Part shown: one piece after another, positions 27,491-38,085 of the stretch | Position numbering within the stretch: position 1 is the first letter of the stretch | Layout: every line of letters begins with the position of its first letter | Notes under the pieces: generated by a model | Told to the model about the DNA's origin: nothing | What the model saw: the letters and a program-made list of their open reading frames with translations, nothing else | The model's database searches: none | DNA from: Schizochytrium sp. TIO01 | Taxonomy: Eukaryota > Protista > Bigyra: Labyrinthulomycetes | Assembly: GCA_004764695.1 (NCBI GenBank) | Contig: SMSO01000031.1 | Span: 9,592,761-9,656,760 of the forward strand | Direction of reading: 5' to 3' | Length of the DNA: 64,000 nucleotides | Translations under genes and position numbers: made by a program

Positions 27491-30400
27491 ATGACCCCGG
27501 CTTGGCAACTGCACAGTGTGCTGGGAGAGCTCTCGCTGCAAGGTCTCGAGCAGGTCGCAAGCAGACTGGGGAGTCTTGGCAATCTGCAGAACGTCGTGTG
27601 AGTTTTCTTCGCTTTGGGGTTCGGAACTACGGGGATAGTGCTCATCAAAGTCATCGCCTGCTGGCTGACAGGGCGGGGCGTACCAGAGGGTACGAGGCCC
27701 AACTCAGAGAGAGCAAGCGGCGTCTTCTGAAGGCACACAATACTCTCGCTAAACCTATGAGACTCGGTGTGATAGTTATTCGCAAACTTCTAGGAAAGCT
27801 CTGAAGATTTTTCAGGTTCTCCTATGTACTTTCGAAACTGCAATTGAACCGAGCTGTGAGAGGAACCACTGGTTGCAAATTTCTTGGCCCTTGATAAACA
27901 GGTTCAGAATTTGGAGTGAGATGTCGGTGGAGTCTATATTTACTCTGTCTGGTAACCGGGGGTGGGGAGGGGAGAAATGACGAAAATGATCCTGAGAAAG
28001 TAAAACTAATTTAAGGGAAACATTGATACTGCAACCTCAAACTCAACACAGAGTATCAGCACTTACAGTACAAGAAGTGTCCAAGGGCCCGGTCGTCCTG
28101 ACGTCTCTCGAAGAGGTGTTGAATCATCTCAATACAAGTCATCGTTTATTTAACCTTCGGTATGTTTGAACCTTGGCATTATTTGCCCGTTCTGTTTTCT
28201 TTATTGAATGTTTTTCGACTTGTACTGACGGTTGATGTTGCCTTCTTAATTTCCTATTCCCTTCAAACACTTTACAGATTTGATAGGTGTCACTGCACTC
28301 CTGACAAACTAAAAGCTTTTGCAACTGGTCTTTGTAACCACCGCACACTGCAGAGCTTCACGTAAGTCACAATCGAGTTTTCTAACTTACTTGTACTAGT
28401 AAGCCTTTGTGTGCCGATACTGTTCTCCACCCTATGTACAACATGCTCGTGAATACACTTGACCTTGCCCTGCACATTCTACGTTGGCAGAATACTTACA
28501 TGACTTTGAGCCTTTTCGTTCGCCTGGCTTTGGCTTTTTTTTTCTACAGGATTGAGGGTGGAAATACAGGTGCAGAGGGCTGTCGTGCTCTTATTGGCTT
28601 GGCTGAATCCTGCCCTAGCTTGAAAAAACTTGAGTAAGTTTTGATCATCCACAACTTGGATAGATATCTGCTTGAAGAAAGGAATCGGGTTGTCCTCACA
28701 TGCTGAAGTTGTTCAATATGCATGATATCTAACCCATTTACTACAGATTATTGTCCTGTGGAATCAATTCTAGTGAAGCTGGATTTGCCTTAGCTCAAAT
28801 TATTGAAGTCACCACTTCGCTCATGCATATTAGGTAAGTTACTTGTTCTGATACGCAATGCACATCCATAATCCGCCAAAAGTTCAACTCTGGGATAAGT
28901 TCACACAAATGCTTTTCGTACACAGATGATCTCAAAAGGGGAGCACAGTCGTGCTTCTTTTTTCCGCTTTTTTCATTTCTTGTTGTTGCGTCTGGTGTGG
29001 TGAATTTCGAAAGACAACTGTACTGACATCCAATCTTGATATTCTTTTCATTGTATCGAAACGCGCAGATCTGTTGAACGATTTGGTGGAATGGGGGTGG
29101 AAGGTGCAGTCGCTATTGGCCAGGCCTTAGCCTCCAACATTACGTTAGAAACTTTATGGTAAGTTAACGCCCCAAAATCTTGTCTGCAAAAAAAAAGTGT
29201 TATCACTCAGTACATCTCACATTAAATGTTTCACTCTTTTACTTTTATTCTATTCGATAGTATCGAAGGTCACCAAGTCCGTGACGCGGGTACTGAAAGC
29301 ATTGGTCGGGCACTTGCAGCACATCAAACTCTGTGCCGCCTCGAGTAAGTTGCATCCCCCAAACCGACATAGTATTACTTGGAGCAGGTTTTTGGAAGAG
29401 GATCAAACGTATACTCACATACCCTTTCTTTTTTTCTCCTTAACTTATTTTTGGCGTATTGAACAGGCTTCCTCGCAACGAAATTGGCGACTTAGGCGCT
29501 AAAGCAATTGCGCAAGGGATCGAATTAAACCAGAAACTACAAACGCTTGTGTAAGTCTTGAAATTGATTGTAGTGTTACCCTTATCCAAACATGAACTAA
29601 CACTGGCCCATACATGATGATATGTTCCACAGTCTTACACACAATCGAATTGGTGATGAGGGTGCTGTTGAAATCTCCAACGCTTTCGCAAAACACCAAA
29701 CCCTTCGAGTTCTCGAGTACGTTTGTTTTTCCATTTTTCTCATTCTTTCTTTCATGATTAAATCTTGTGATAGGCTAACTGTTACATCAAACAAACCTTT
29801 GCTATTCTGGCTACATTTCTTACTCTGTATGCTCACAGTCTTTCACACAATATCATTGGAGACCGAGGCGCGAAAGCTCTTGGCCTTGCTATAGAAGGAA
29901 ACACAGTTGTTCAGGATCTGTCGTAAGTGTCGAAAATGAATATCAATCGAAACAGGTCACACATCTCACCATGCTAACTAACATCTCTTCTGATTCATGC
30001 ACAACCGAGGAAACCAAATCCACAGTCTCAAAGGAATGAAAATTGGCGACGAAGGCGCAGATGTCATTGGCACTGGCCTCGGGAAGAATCACACACTCAC
30101 TCATCTCAAGTAAGTCCTTTACTCTGTTGTTGTTGTTGTCTACTTGCACCATGTAACTAACATGCACTCGTCTATTCATTCTTTTTAATTGTGTACAGTC
30201 TTCAGGATAATCAAATCGGGGATGATGGTGCCAGAGGCTTGAGCCGTGGTATAGCTGGAAACGAATCGCTGCAAGTTCTCAAGTAAGTTTTGGTTTTTCT
30301 TTGTTTGTTTTTTTAATTTTAAAAAAAGAAAGACGGAAAGAGTGTTGTGACTTTTCACGGAATAAGTACTAACCAGGTGACCTAATCTTGTTATTTGAAT

Positions 30401-32259
30401 CCAAACAGTCTCAAGGCTAACAAGATCGCCGCAGAGGGAGGGCGTGCATTCGGTAATGCCTTGTCTAGAAATTCTTCTTTGCAGGTTCTCTTGTAAGTTT
30501 TTTATTATTTTTTTAAGGGGTTGTTGCTGATGAATAAACCCACTTTCGTTTTTAATACTAACTTTACCCTTCAATGACACTCGAATTTATGTAATTGCCT
30601 AATATCCTCAGCCTTGGCGAAAACAATATTAGTGACGAGGGTGCAGCCCATGTTGCTCAGGGACTCACACAGAATACATCCTTGCTACAGCTCGAGTAAG
30701 TCTTTCTTCGTTCACTTAAACATGGGATTTGTATACATGTATTGAATTCTTTTTTACTAACATTGGTCCCTTTTCCAAATGTGTCTGCCTCTGCCGTACA
30801 GTCTCGGAGAAAACAATATTGGAGATCACGGGGCTCAAGCCTTGGGCCAAGCTTTTGAAAATAATCGGACCCTACGAGAAATAACGTAAGTGGGATGAGG
30901 AGAGTGTTTGCGTCTATATGTTCATGAATGGCTTCAGGTTTTGCTGACATTCCTTGTCTTTTCCATCTCTATATTTTGACTTACTCGCGCACAGACTTTG
31001 GTACAACAATGTGGGTGTAGAAGGTGTTAAAGCTCTGGTCCGCTTTCAACACTCTCTGCAAGTTCTCGAGTACGTTAAATAGCAGAATTTGAAATGTGTC
31101 AATAGGCAAACGCTAACATTCTTCTTCCCTCTTTAATTAATACAATTACAGGCTTGGTAACAATCCTAGAATCGGAGACGAGGGCGTCAAGATCATTGCT
31201 CAATCAATGGACCATTTGAAAAGTCTTGAGTACGTTTACGTTATCCCATCTAATTAATTGGCTCAGCCATTTTGCTAACATCCCCCCGCGTTCCCTTTTT
31301 GGCCGCTTCTCTTGTGCTTCGTTTACAAAACACAGCCTTTTCAATGTGTCATTTGGTGATGAGGGCGCCAAAGCTTTAGCGCAGGCGCTTCAACATAACA
31401 CAAATTTGGAACACCTATTGTAAGTTTACTGCATTCTACTCAACACGACCCCAGCACAACCTTTTAATCTCTTTTTCCTAACAATGCCGTTCAATTACTT
31501 TTTTCTGCACCACTACAGTATGAATAACAACACAATTCGTGATGCTGGTGCTCTTGCTCTAGCCGCTGCCTTGCAAGATAACAAGCATTTACAACAGCTT
31601 GGGTAAGTTTGAATCAAACTAAAGTATTTCGATAATCAAGCCGTAACTAACATCGCGTTTGAGGCTGCGTTATCTGGCATGTGCTTTTGGGATGCTTCAG
31701 GCTAGGATCGAAATATCTAGGATACAATGGCTTGCGATCCTTGGCTGACCTTATGGAGAGAAACCAATATCTGACTGGAGACTTCGAATTTGTTGGTATG
31801 GGGATGTTCGCTGATCCTTCCCGTGAAGATGAATTTGAAGATCTTGCATCTATTATGGAGACACATTTTAGCTACAATGCTGAGTTGCGCAAGGAGCGAC
31901 TTCTTTTGGAGCAAGCTGAACAACTCTTGGGCGAAATTGAATACGCCGTTCTTATCTGCCGCAGCATTCCTTTGCCTGTTGGCAAATTGCTCCCACCAAT
32001 GCCCTTCCAACCATTGCCGTTTTTGCCATATCACCCATCAACATCATCTTTAGACAGCAACGGGGATTTTGATACAAGCGTTGCGAGTCAGATTAAGCAA
32101 AGCGCTATTCGCGATCTTCAAAACCGCACAGCTTTCGCGAAAATCGAGGCTCGTCGTTTAGCAAGCAAGATTCCACTTCTTGGCCCCTTTTTGATTGATG
32201 TGAATGACATCGAAACAAGCTCAGGCTCATCCGCCAAGCGCCGAAGGCGCGATAATTGA
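27491..32259 (+). CDS. Leucine-rich repeat protein (ribonuclease-inhibitor/NLRC3-type 28-aa repeats), 20 exons, ~731 aa, one repeat per exon
   Basis: Exons by eye: 27491-27597, 28052-28159, 28278-28361, 28550-28633, 28747-28833, 29069-29158, 29261-29344, 29467-29550, 29633-29716, 29839-29922, 30026-30109, 30199-30282, 30409-30492, 30612-30695, 30802-30885, 30995-31069, 31152-31229, 31336-31419, 31519-31602, 31701-32259. Donors are GTAAGT/GTACGT/GTATGT/GTGAGT, acceptors CAG/TAG, and most introns have a CTAAC/CTGAC branch point. The spliced frame is open throughout, with repeats such as LTHNRIGDEGAVEISNAFAKHQTLRVLD and LGENNISDEGAAHVAQGLTQNTSLLQLD. The 5' end is less certain than the core. Confidence 0.92.
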
Positions 32260-33681
32260 AAGCTTCTATTCGAAATGGCCGCCAGGCTTATGCGCCTGGG
32301 TCGACCAAATCCTGCTGATATAGCAGAACATAAATTTTTTGGAGGTGTTTTCCCTCCACTTGATACTTGAAAATACCTGCCTACGTCTGTGCACTTTTAG
32401 TCTAAACTAGAATATTTTTCACCACTCTTTTCCTGTTTTCCAAATCCTTGAACCATTTAGCGAGCCTTTCGTCAAAATCCACCGATGTCAGATATAGCAG
32501 TTACACCTCGTCAAGATTATGATGGAATCTTTGAAGCTCTTCATTTACTTCTTGAAGACCATATATCGCAATCACATAGATCCTTGCTAGCAACATTCGT
32601 CTATGATTATAGCCTTTGACCAAAACCCAATGAATCAGATGTAATTCTAGATTTTGATCGCAATCAACCTGGACACGAAATTCTATATATTTAACAAAAG
32701 AACCCGCACGAAAATCTGATGCCATTATTTACTCTCTCGTGTTCCTCTTAGAACAAAAAGTTAAATATGTTGAGCAAACAGAAACTATATATAACAAATA
32801 ATTTAAACGCCTCAAAGTATTCAAGTAGATCTGCTGCATAGATTTTAAGACATCAATAATATTCTTAGGACCATTTCAAATTCTGCCTAGTTCCAACATT
32901 TTGGTAACCAAGAAACTCATCATTCCTTTTTTATTAAATATAAGAAAAAAAAGATAAGGAAAAATGTTAAAGAATATTCAAGGCCTAATTATAAATAACT
33001 CTTTATGTATCTCAACGCGAAAATAATTTGCTCGATTTCCAGAGCAAACCCGCAAGTTCTTGCAGACGCATTGTGAGCCTCGAGGCAGCTCAGGACCAAG
33101 ATAGCTGCGCAAGGATCTCTCAAGAGACCTCGCGAACATCTTCCAGGCCGAACAAAACTCTCCTGTGGTTGTCTGAAGAGCCTCGTCACGCAGAGGCCCA
33201 TTCACGTTCGTTGGATTCGCTGATTTTCGTTTGCCTTTTGCAAATTTAATCTTCGCTCGGACGCTCAAGACTTGACGCCCTTAGACCTCGCAAAGCGGTT
33301 GATTACCTGACGACACTACATCAGATCAACCTCAAATCTTACAAGGGCTCTGACAAAAACTCTTGCTGGCCTGTGAAGATCGAGTTCCGAGGTTCTTGCA
33401 TGCTTCTGTCCCTGTTCTTCAGAGAGAAGGCCCTGAAAATAACGGCGCATCTTGGAGCAGCCATTCTCAACATACCTGCATTCACACAATTGATTATATA
33501 GTTCTGATCAATCTTGAGCCGCTTGGACTGGCAAACTAGCGCAATTGTAAGAAACTTGTCGTTTTGCGGTCACCTCCTTGAGCTTTTTTGGATACACAAA
33601 CAGACGCTTTAGTCCCACGAAAGATTTGCGATCCAGGTCTACTTTCCCATTATCTTTGGTTATCTCTAAGTACTGGTGAGG

Positions 33682-36600
33682 ATGAGGCCTGCGGGCGCTG
33701 GGCGCTCGTATGGGTTCTGGCAACTTCTTTGCGATGGTGGCACGCTACAACTCATCGCTGGTTCGCTAGCTTTATTGTGCCTTGTATTCGACTATGGCTG
33801 GGCAGAGCCAGCAGCTCCAAACCCGTGGGACCCTTTAGTTCCTGGTATTGTGTTGCGCGAGGCAATTACCACGGTTGCAATGCTTTATGTTTTCATGACC
33901 GTTCCGGCAGCAGTTGTATTTTGGAGATTTGTCAGTGTGGGGACGCTCACTCGGGCTCTTCAGTTGTGCCTGGGATGTCTTCTATTGCTTCTTGTATACT
34001 TTTCTAATGGCACCTCAGACAACTTTTATACTGAACCGAACTGGCGAGGGGCCTTTTGGGCCACAGCACAACATATGCTTATTTTCAGTGTGCTATTTTC
34101 TGCTCTCGGATATGTATTTTCCTTTCCTTTTGAGGAACATGGCTGCCTGCTTGTGGTTTCTCGCCTCTTCATAAGGGAACGTCGCACAGCTGCACCCGTC
34201 GGCGAAAACGTTCGTGGAGGGACTGCTCTTGGAGCAAGGGCACGGGGAGCAAGCCAAGGTCTTCAAGAGCCCCTTCTGCAGATCGACAGTTCCCACCAGC
34301 AGGATATTGAGGAGCTAGGTGTGAGTTTGTCACGACAAGAGAATATTCTTCAACAGGAGGAGCAATTAGATCAATCAAACCGCCAACTTGATCTTGACCA
34401 TCTCTCATCAGGGGGGGAATTGCAATTCCAGGAACACGACATTGACCAGCACACGCTTTCAAGCTCGGATGAAGACGTAGTAAGGGTCGAAAGAAGGCCA
34501 GTTCGTACCAGAAGCCTTCGCAGCACATCATTCGTAGACGTCACTAGTGCATTCTGTCGAGCCTCACATGCCCCCTTTGTTTTTGGTTGCACTGCTTACA
34601 TTTTAGCTTTGGCAGTGTGCTCTTTTTCGTTAATTTTGTCCTTTTATTCGTTTGAGCCAAATACGCAATGTGTCTCGGCTCTGAGCAGCGGATGGAACTT
34701 CCAGCGAAGTCTGCTACTGGAGGCACCTGTGAGTTCGTCATATTTTTTAGGTTCCGAACTTCAACTCGAACTTGGCTCGGAAGCTGGAGATAAAGGTCGA
34801 ACTACTATTCTTGTGAGAGACCGTCTCTCGCCTGGAAACACGATATGGAAAAATGTGCAAGGTGAACCATTTCTTCTCGCTGGTTCTGGAGAGATGACGT
34901 CATGGTCTATTACCAATGTCTTCTACCTTTCGGATACAACACTGAGTCTAAGTAGGACCCAAACCATTGAGCGAGTACGGTCTTTAGACAACCATGAAAG
35001 TGTCGAGATTTCGGGCATGCTTCATGTTGGACTCGACCTTATTCTTCCATACTCTGTAACATTTTCTGCCCCTCGTGTACATTCGAGATCCACGTCAGCA
35101 ACGGATGACTTGCCAGCGCAAGTTGCAAGCTTCACCATTAAAATCAAGATTAACTATGGTAAACACACACAAGCAAGTCCTCGCGTTTACTTAGTTTATT
35201 CACGTGGTACCGATGAGAAGCTTTTTGGATTCGGTACTCAGCTTTCGTATACAAACTTTGACCGTGCTTGCATTCCTATTTCCGTAAGTGAGAAGGGTTT
35301 CGGCCGTGGCCTTCAGCCCTTCACATTCTTCATGAATCGCTTCAACGAAGAGACGGGAGGTAGCTGGCAACATGTACATACAGCGATCCCATCATATGTC
35401 AGCTCGCATGGTCGTGCAGTGACGCTTCAACACAATACAATGACAGTTTTTGACTTAGTTCAGCCAGATCGTATAGCTGTCGAAGTATTTGCCCCCTTTC
35501 ACAACAGTTCGTTTGTATCTATTGAGGCTTCTGTTGCTGCTGTGCTAAAGCCTGAGATGCGAAATTGGCCTGCTGCAATCATGGAGGAAAACCGGCTCAA
35601 CCTTTTTCAGCATGCAATTTCTAACCCTTTGCAGCTTCCGGATTGGGCCGGAAAGGGCTTAATCTTGACGGTCAGCGGTGGGCATCAAGTTTTAAGTGAG
35701 ACGCTGAAGACATATAATGCTAGTGGTATCAAAGTTGCAGGGGTATTGCTTAGGGACTGGGCTGGCTTAGTGGATACAGAACTCGGTCATTCTTCAAGTC
35801 TTGACTGGACAGCAGATGAGCTTAGATATCCGAACATGTCTCAATATATTGAGAATCTGCGTGAAACCTATCCTGGTTTGAGGGTGCTAGGATACTTTAG
35901 TCCATATGTAGCTAGTGAGATGCACCATGAGCACCAGGTGGCAGTCAATGCGTCACGGAACACTACATTCGCTGAGGCTTTACATCGTAACTGCCTTGTT
36001 TTAGATGAGACCTCTCAGAAACCAGTTTTGCAGGCGCGAGATCTTGATAGTGACTTTCGATATGGCTTGATTCAATTGTTTCGACCAGAATGCCAAACTT
36101 GGTATGAAGGCGTGCTTGCAGATGCTGGTGCTAACTTTGATGGCTGGCTTGCTGACCATGGTGAGGGATATCCTTTGGCCAAGAGTGAAATCTCGTTCAG
36201 AGTTGACTTGGATCATGCAGAAGCACATGTTCGATATGCAGAGAAATGGTTGGAAACTTCTCAAGCGGCAAGCCGCAAGCTACCTGGCGGGGATACTCTG
36301 ATATTATCTAGAACTGCAACTTTAGATAGTCTTCCATTTGTGCAGCTCCATACAACCGGTGAGCAGCTCGTATCATGGGACTCTCATGATGGACTAGCTA
36401 GCGCTTTGAAGGGGATCATAACCTCTGGTATTAGCGGTCTTCCTGCAACTTCTTCTTATATTGGTGGGGTTTTCCGTACATGGGACTCTTTTGGCTTAAT
36501 GCGGTTTTCTCGCACACCAGAGCTTCTCATTCGCTGGTTAGAGCTGGCAGTCTTTGCCAGCCCGTGCCTCTTGACCCATGTAGGCCTCAATTTATCGTCT

Positions 36601-37011
36601 CGCGCGATCCCCCCAGCTTTGCAGTTGCACCACCTTTCGAATTGGACACAAGTCCGCGATTTAGTGAATCTTCAGCTCAAATTGTGGCCTTTGAAGCAAC
36701 GTCTCTTATTTGATGCTCAACTAACAGGTACCCCTATGGCCCGAGCCATGTGGCTTGAGTTCCCTGATGACATCTCGACTCATGCTTTAGATCGGCAGTT
36801 CATGCTAGGGTCTGAACTCCTGGTCTGCCCAGTTCTTAGTGCTAATGTGAATGGAACATTGTGCTACTTACCAAAATCGAACGATCGGTGGAGACTCTAC
36901 AACAGCACAATTGAGATTGATCCTCAGCAACGTGGTACCAAATTTTGGTGCGAGGCTCCATTAGGCCGACCTTGTCTTCTCGAACGGCTGGGGGATGAAG
37001 CTCTGATCTAA
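33682..37011 (+). CDS. Glycoside hydrolase family 31 protein (YihQ/sulfoquinovosidase-like domain) with N-terminal multi-pass transmembrane region, ~1109 aa
   Basis: LFGFGTQLS, LPDWAGKG, RDWAG, RVLGYFSPY, FDGWLADHGEGYP (cf. GWMADFGE nucleophile motif), DGLASALKGIITSGISG, ELLIRWLELAVF, PMARAMWLEFPDD, QFMLGSELLVCPV. About 5 hydrophobic helices in the first ~325 aa. First ATG is at 33682; the ORF-track start is a GTG. Confidence 0.88.
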   Translation: MRPAGAGRSYGFWQLLCDGGTLQLIAGSLALLCLVFDYGWAEPAAPNPWDPLVPGIVLREAITTVAMLYVFMTVPAAVVFWRFVSVGTLTRALQLCLGCLLLLLVYFSNGTSDNFYTEPNWRGAFWATAQHMLIFSVLFSALGYVFSFPFEEHGCLLVVSRLFIRERRTAAPVGENVRGGTALGARARGASQGLQEPLLQIDSSHQQDIEELGVSLSRQENILQQEEQLDQSNRQLDLDHLSSGGELQFQEHDIDQHTLSSSDEDVVRVERRPVRTRSLRSTSFVDVTSAFCRASHAPFVFGCTAYILALAVCSFSLILSFYSFEPNTQCVSALSSGWNFQRSLLLEAPVSSSYFLGSELQLELGSEAGDKGRTTILVRDRLSPGNTIWKNVQGEPFLLAGSGEMTSWSITNVFYLSDTTLSLSRTQTIERVRSLDNHESVEISGMLHVGLDLILPYSVTFSAPRVHSRSTSATDDLPAQVASFTIKIKINYGKHTQASPRVYLVYSRGTDEKLFGFGTQLSYTNFDRACIPISVSEKGFGRGLQPFTFFMNRFNEETGGSWQHVHTAIPSYVSSHGRAVTLQHNTMTVFDLVQPDRIAVEVFAPFHNSSFVSIEASVAAVLKPEMRNWPAAIMEENRLNLFQHAISNPLQLPDWAGKGLILTVSGGHQVLSETLKTYNASGIKVAGVLLRDWAGLVDTELGHSSSLDWTADELRYPNMSQYIENLRETYPGLRVLGYFSPYVASEMHHEHQVAVNASRNTTFAEALHRNCLVLDETSQKPVLQARDLDSDFRYGLIQLFRPECQTWYEGVLADAGANFDGWLADHGEGYPLAKSEISFRVDLDHAEAHVRYAEKWLETSQAASRKLPGGDTLILSRTATLDSLPFVQLHTTGEQLVSWDSHDGLASALKGIITSGISGLPATSSYIGGVFRTWDSFGLMRFSRTPELLIRWLELAVFASPCLLTHVGLNLSSRAIPPALQLHHLSNWTQVRDLVNLQLKLWPLKQRLLFDAQLTGTPMARAMWLEFPDDISTHALDRQFMLGSELLVCPVLSANVNGTLCYLPKSNDRWRLYNSTIEIDPQQRGTKFWCEAPLGRPCLLERLGDEALI

Positions 37012-37602
37012 GAACAAAAGCTCGAAGATTTGTTCTGAAATATTCAAACTGGTTGAGAAATCACCTGAGGAATCACATGTATAAAAAAACAAAACGAAGT
37101 ACAAAGTAGAACGTACAAAAAAATCCTTGGGCAACAACGCACTTCATGCTGTCTGCAAACTGTCAAGAGTGAAGCGAACAACCCAAGAGGATGCTGTACT
37201 GGCACTGTTATGTCTTTCCTGCATTCTTAATGAGATCATATTTCTGTACCTGTTATTTTCTTAAAATGTTACCTTGGAGATTATTTGCGATCATCCAGAC
37301 AAACGAACCATAGCTTCCAGAAGGTCTCTGTTACGCCCATTTACAAAGCTCGAAGAAATGGAAAGTACCTCAACTCGACCTTAAAATATTGCTTGCAGGC
37401 CCTCACAATAGACTTTCAAACAGGCTTTTAAAATGAGATCAAGCCAGGCCTGAACACAAAATAGAAAAAAAAATACAATTGTAACATTCTAGTTTTCCAA
37501 AAATTTCAGACCCTTTCTTGATTCGCACGTGATAAGATAGACACTACAATTCTAAAGATTTGCTCCAGTGTAAGCTTACGTTCCCGAACCTTGAAGAGGG
37601 TC

Positions 37603-38085
37603 TCAGTTATCATATCTCAAAGAGTCAATAAAGAGCTTACATCCACGGATACAGCCAGAGCTACAAGGAATTTCACGGTGAGCGTCTGTTTCCTTGCACC
37701 GCCGCATGCACTCTGAAGCGCACGCAGTCTTGAGCTCCGCACAGATACGATCTTGCTCTCGGATAACGTCTGCCTTCATCTCCTTCGACAAGACTTCGCT
37801 ATGCAACTTTTCATCTCCAGCCTCGGCAAGCTTTGCATAAGTTGCTAGATCCGCATCCAAATCAGCAGCACAAGATGCCACATTGGAAGCCAGCGAGCAT
37901 CCACGAACACAATCCTGCTTGGCGAGCTGCATTTCTTGAAGGTGGCGATCGTTGTTGTCAGCGCCAAAGACTAAAGTCTGATACAGCGAGCTGGGGTTGC
38001 ATTTCAAGAAACAAGACTGCCTCAGAACTGCAGCCAAAAACGCCTCCTCGTGCTCATTCTTCCCAACCTGTGCAGAGTCTGGCAT
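37603..38085 (-). CDS. Hypothetical helical protein with repeated CX3C motifs, 160 aa
   Basis: ATG-initiated ORF with protein-like composition; motifs SCFLKC, DCVRGC, ACASECMRRC, PCSSGCIRGC. Divergent from the WDR7-like gene. Confidence 0.7.
   Translation of the reverse strand: MPDSAQVGKNEHEEAFLAAVLRQSCFLKCNPSSLYQTLVFGADNNDRHLQEMQLAKQDCVRGCSLASNVASCAADLDADLATYAKLAEAGDEKLHSEVLSKEMKADVIREQDRICAELKTACASECMRRCKETDAHREIPCSSGCIRGCKLFIDSLRYDN

Noticed and set aside
28052-31700. Regular ~200-bp periodicity considered as a CRISPR-like array
   Set aside because: No identical direct repeats; the period is exon plus intron of the LRR gene, and the DNA is eukaryotic.
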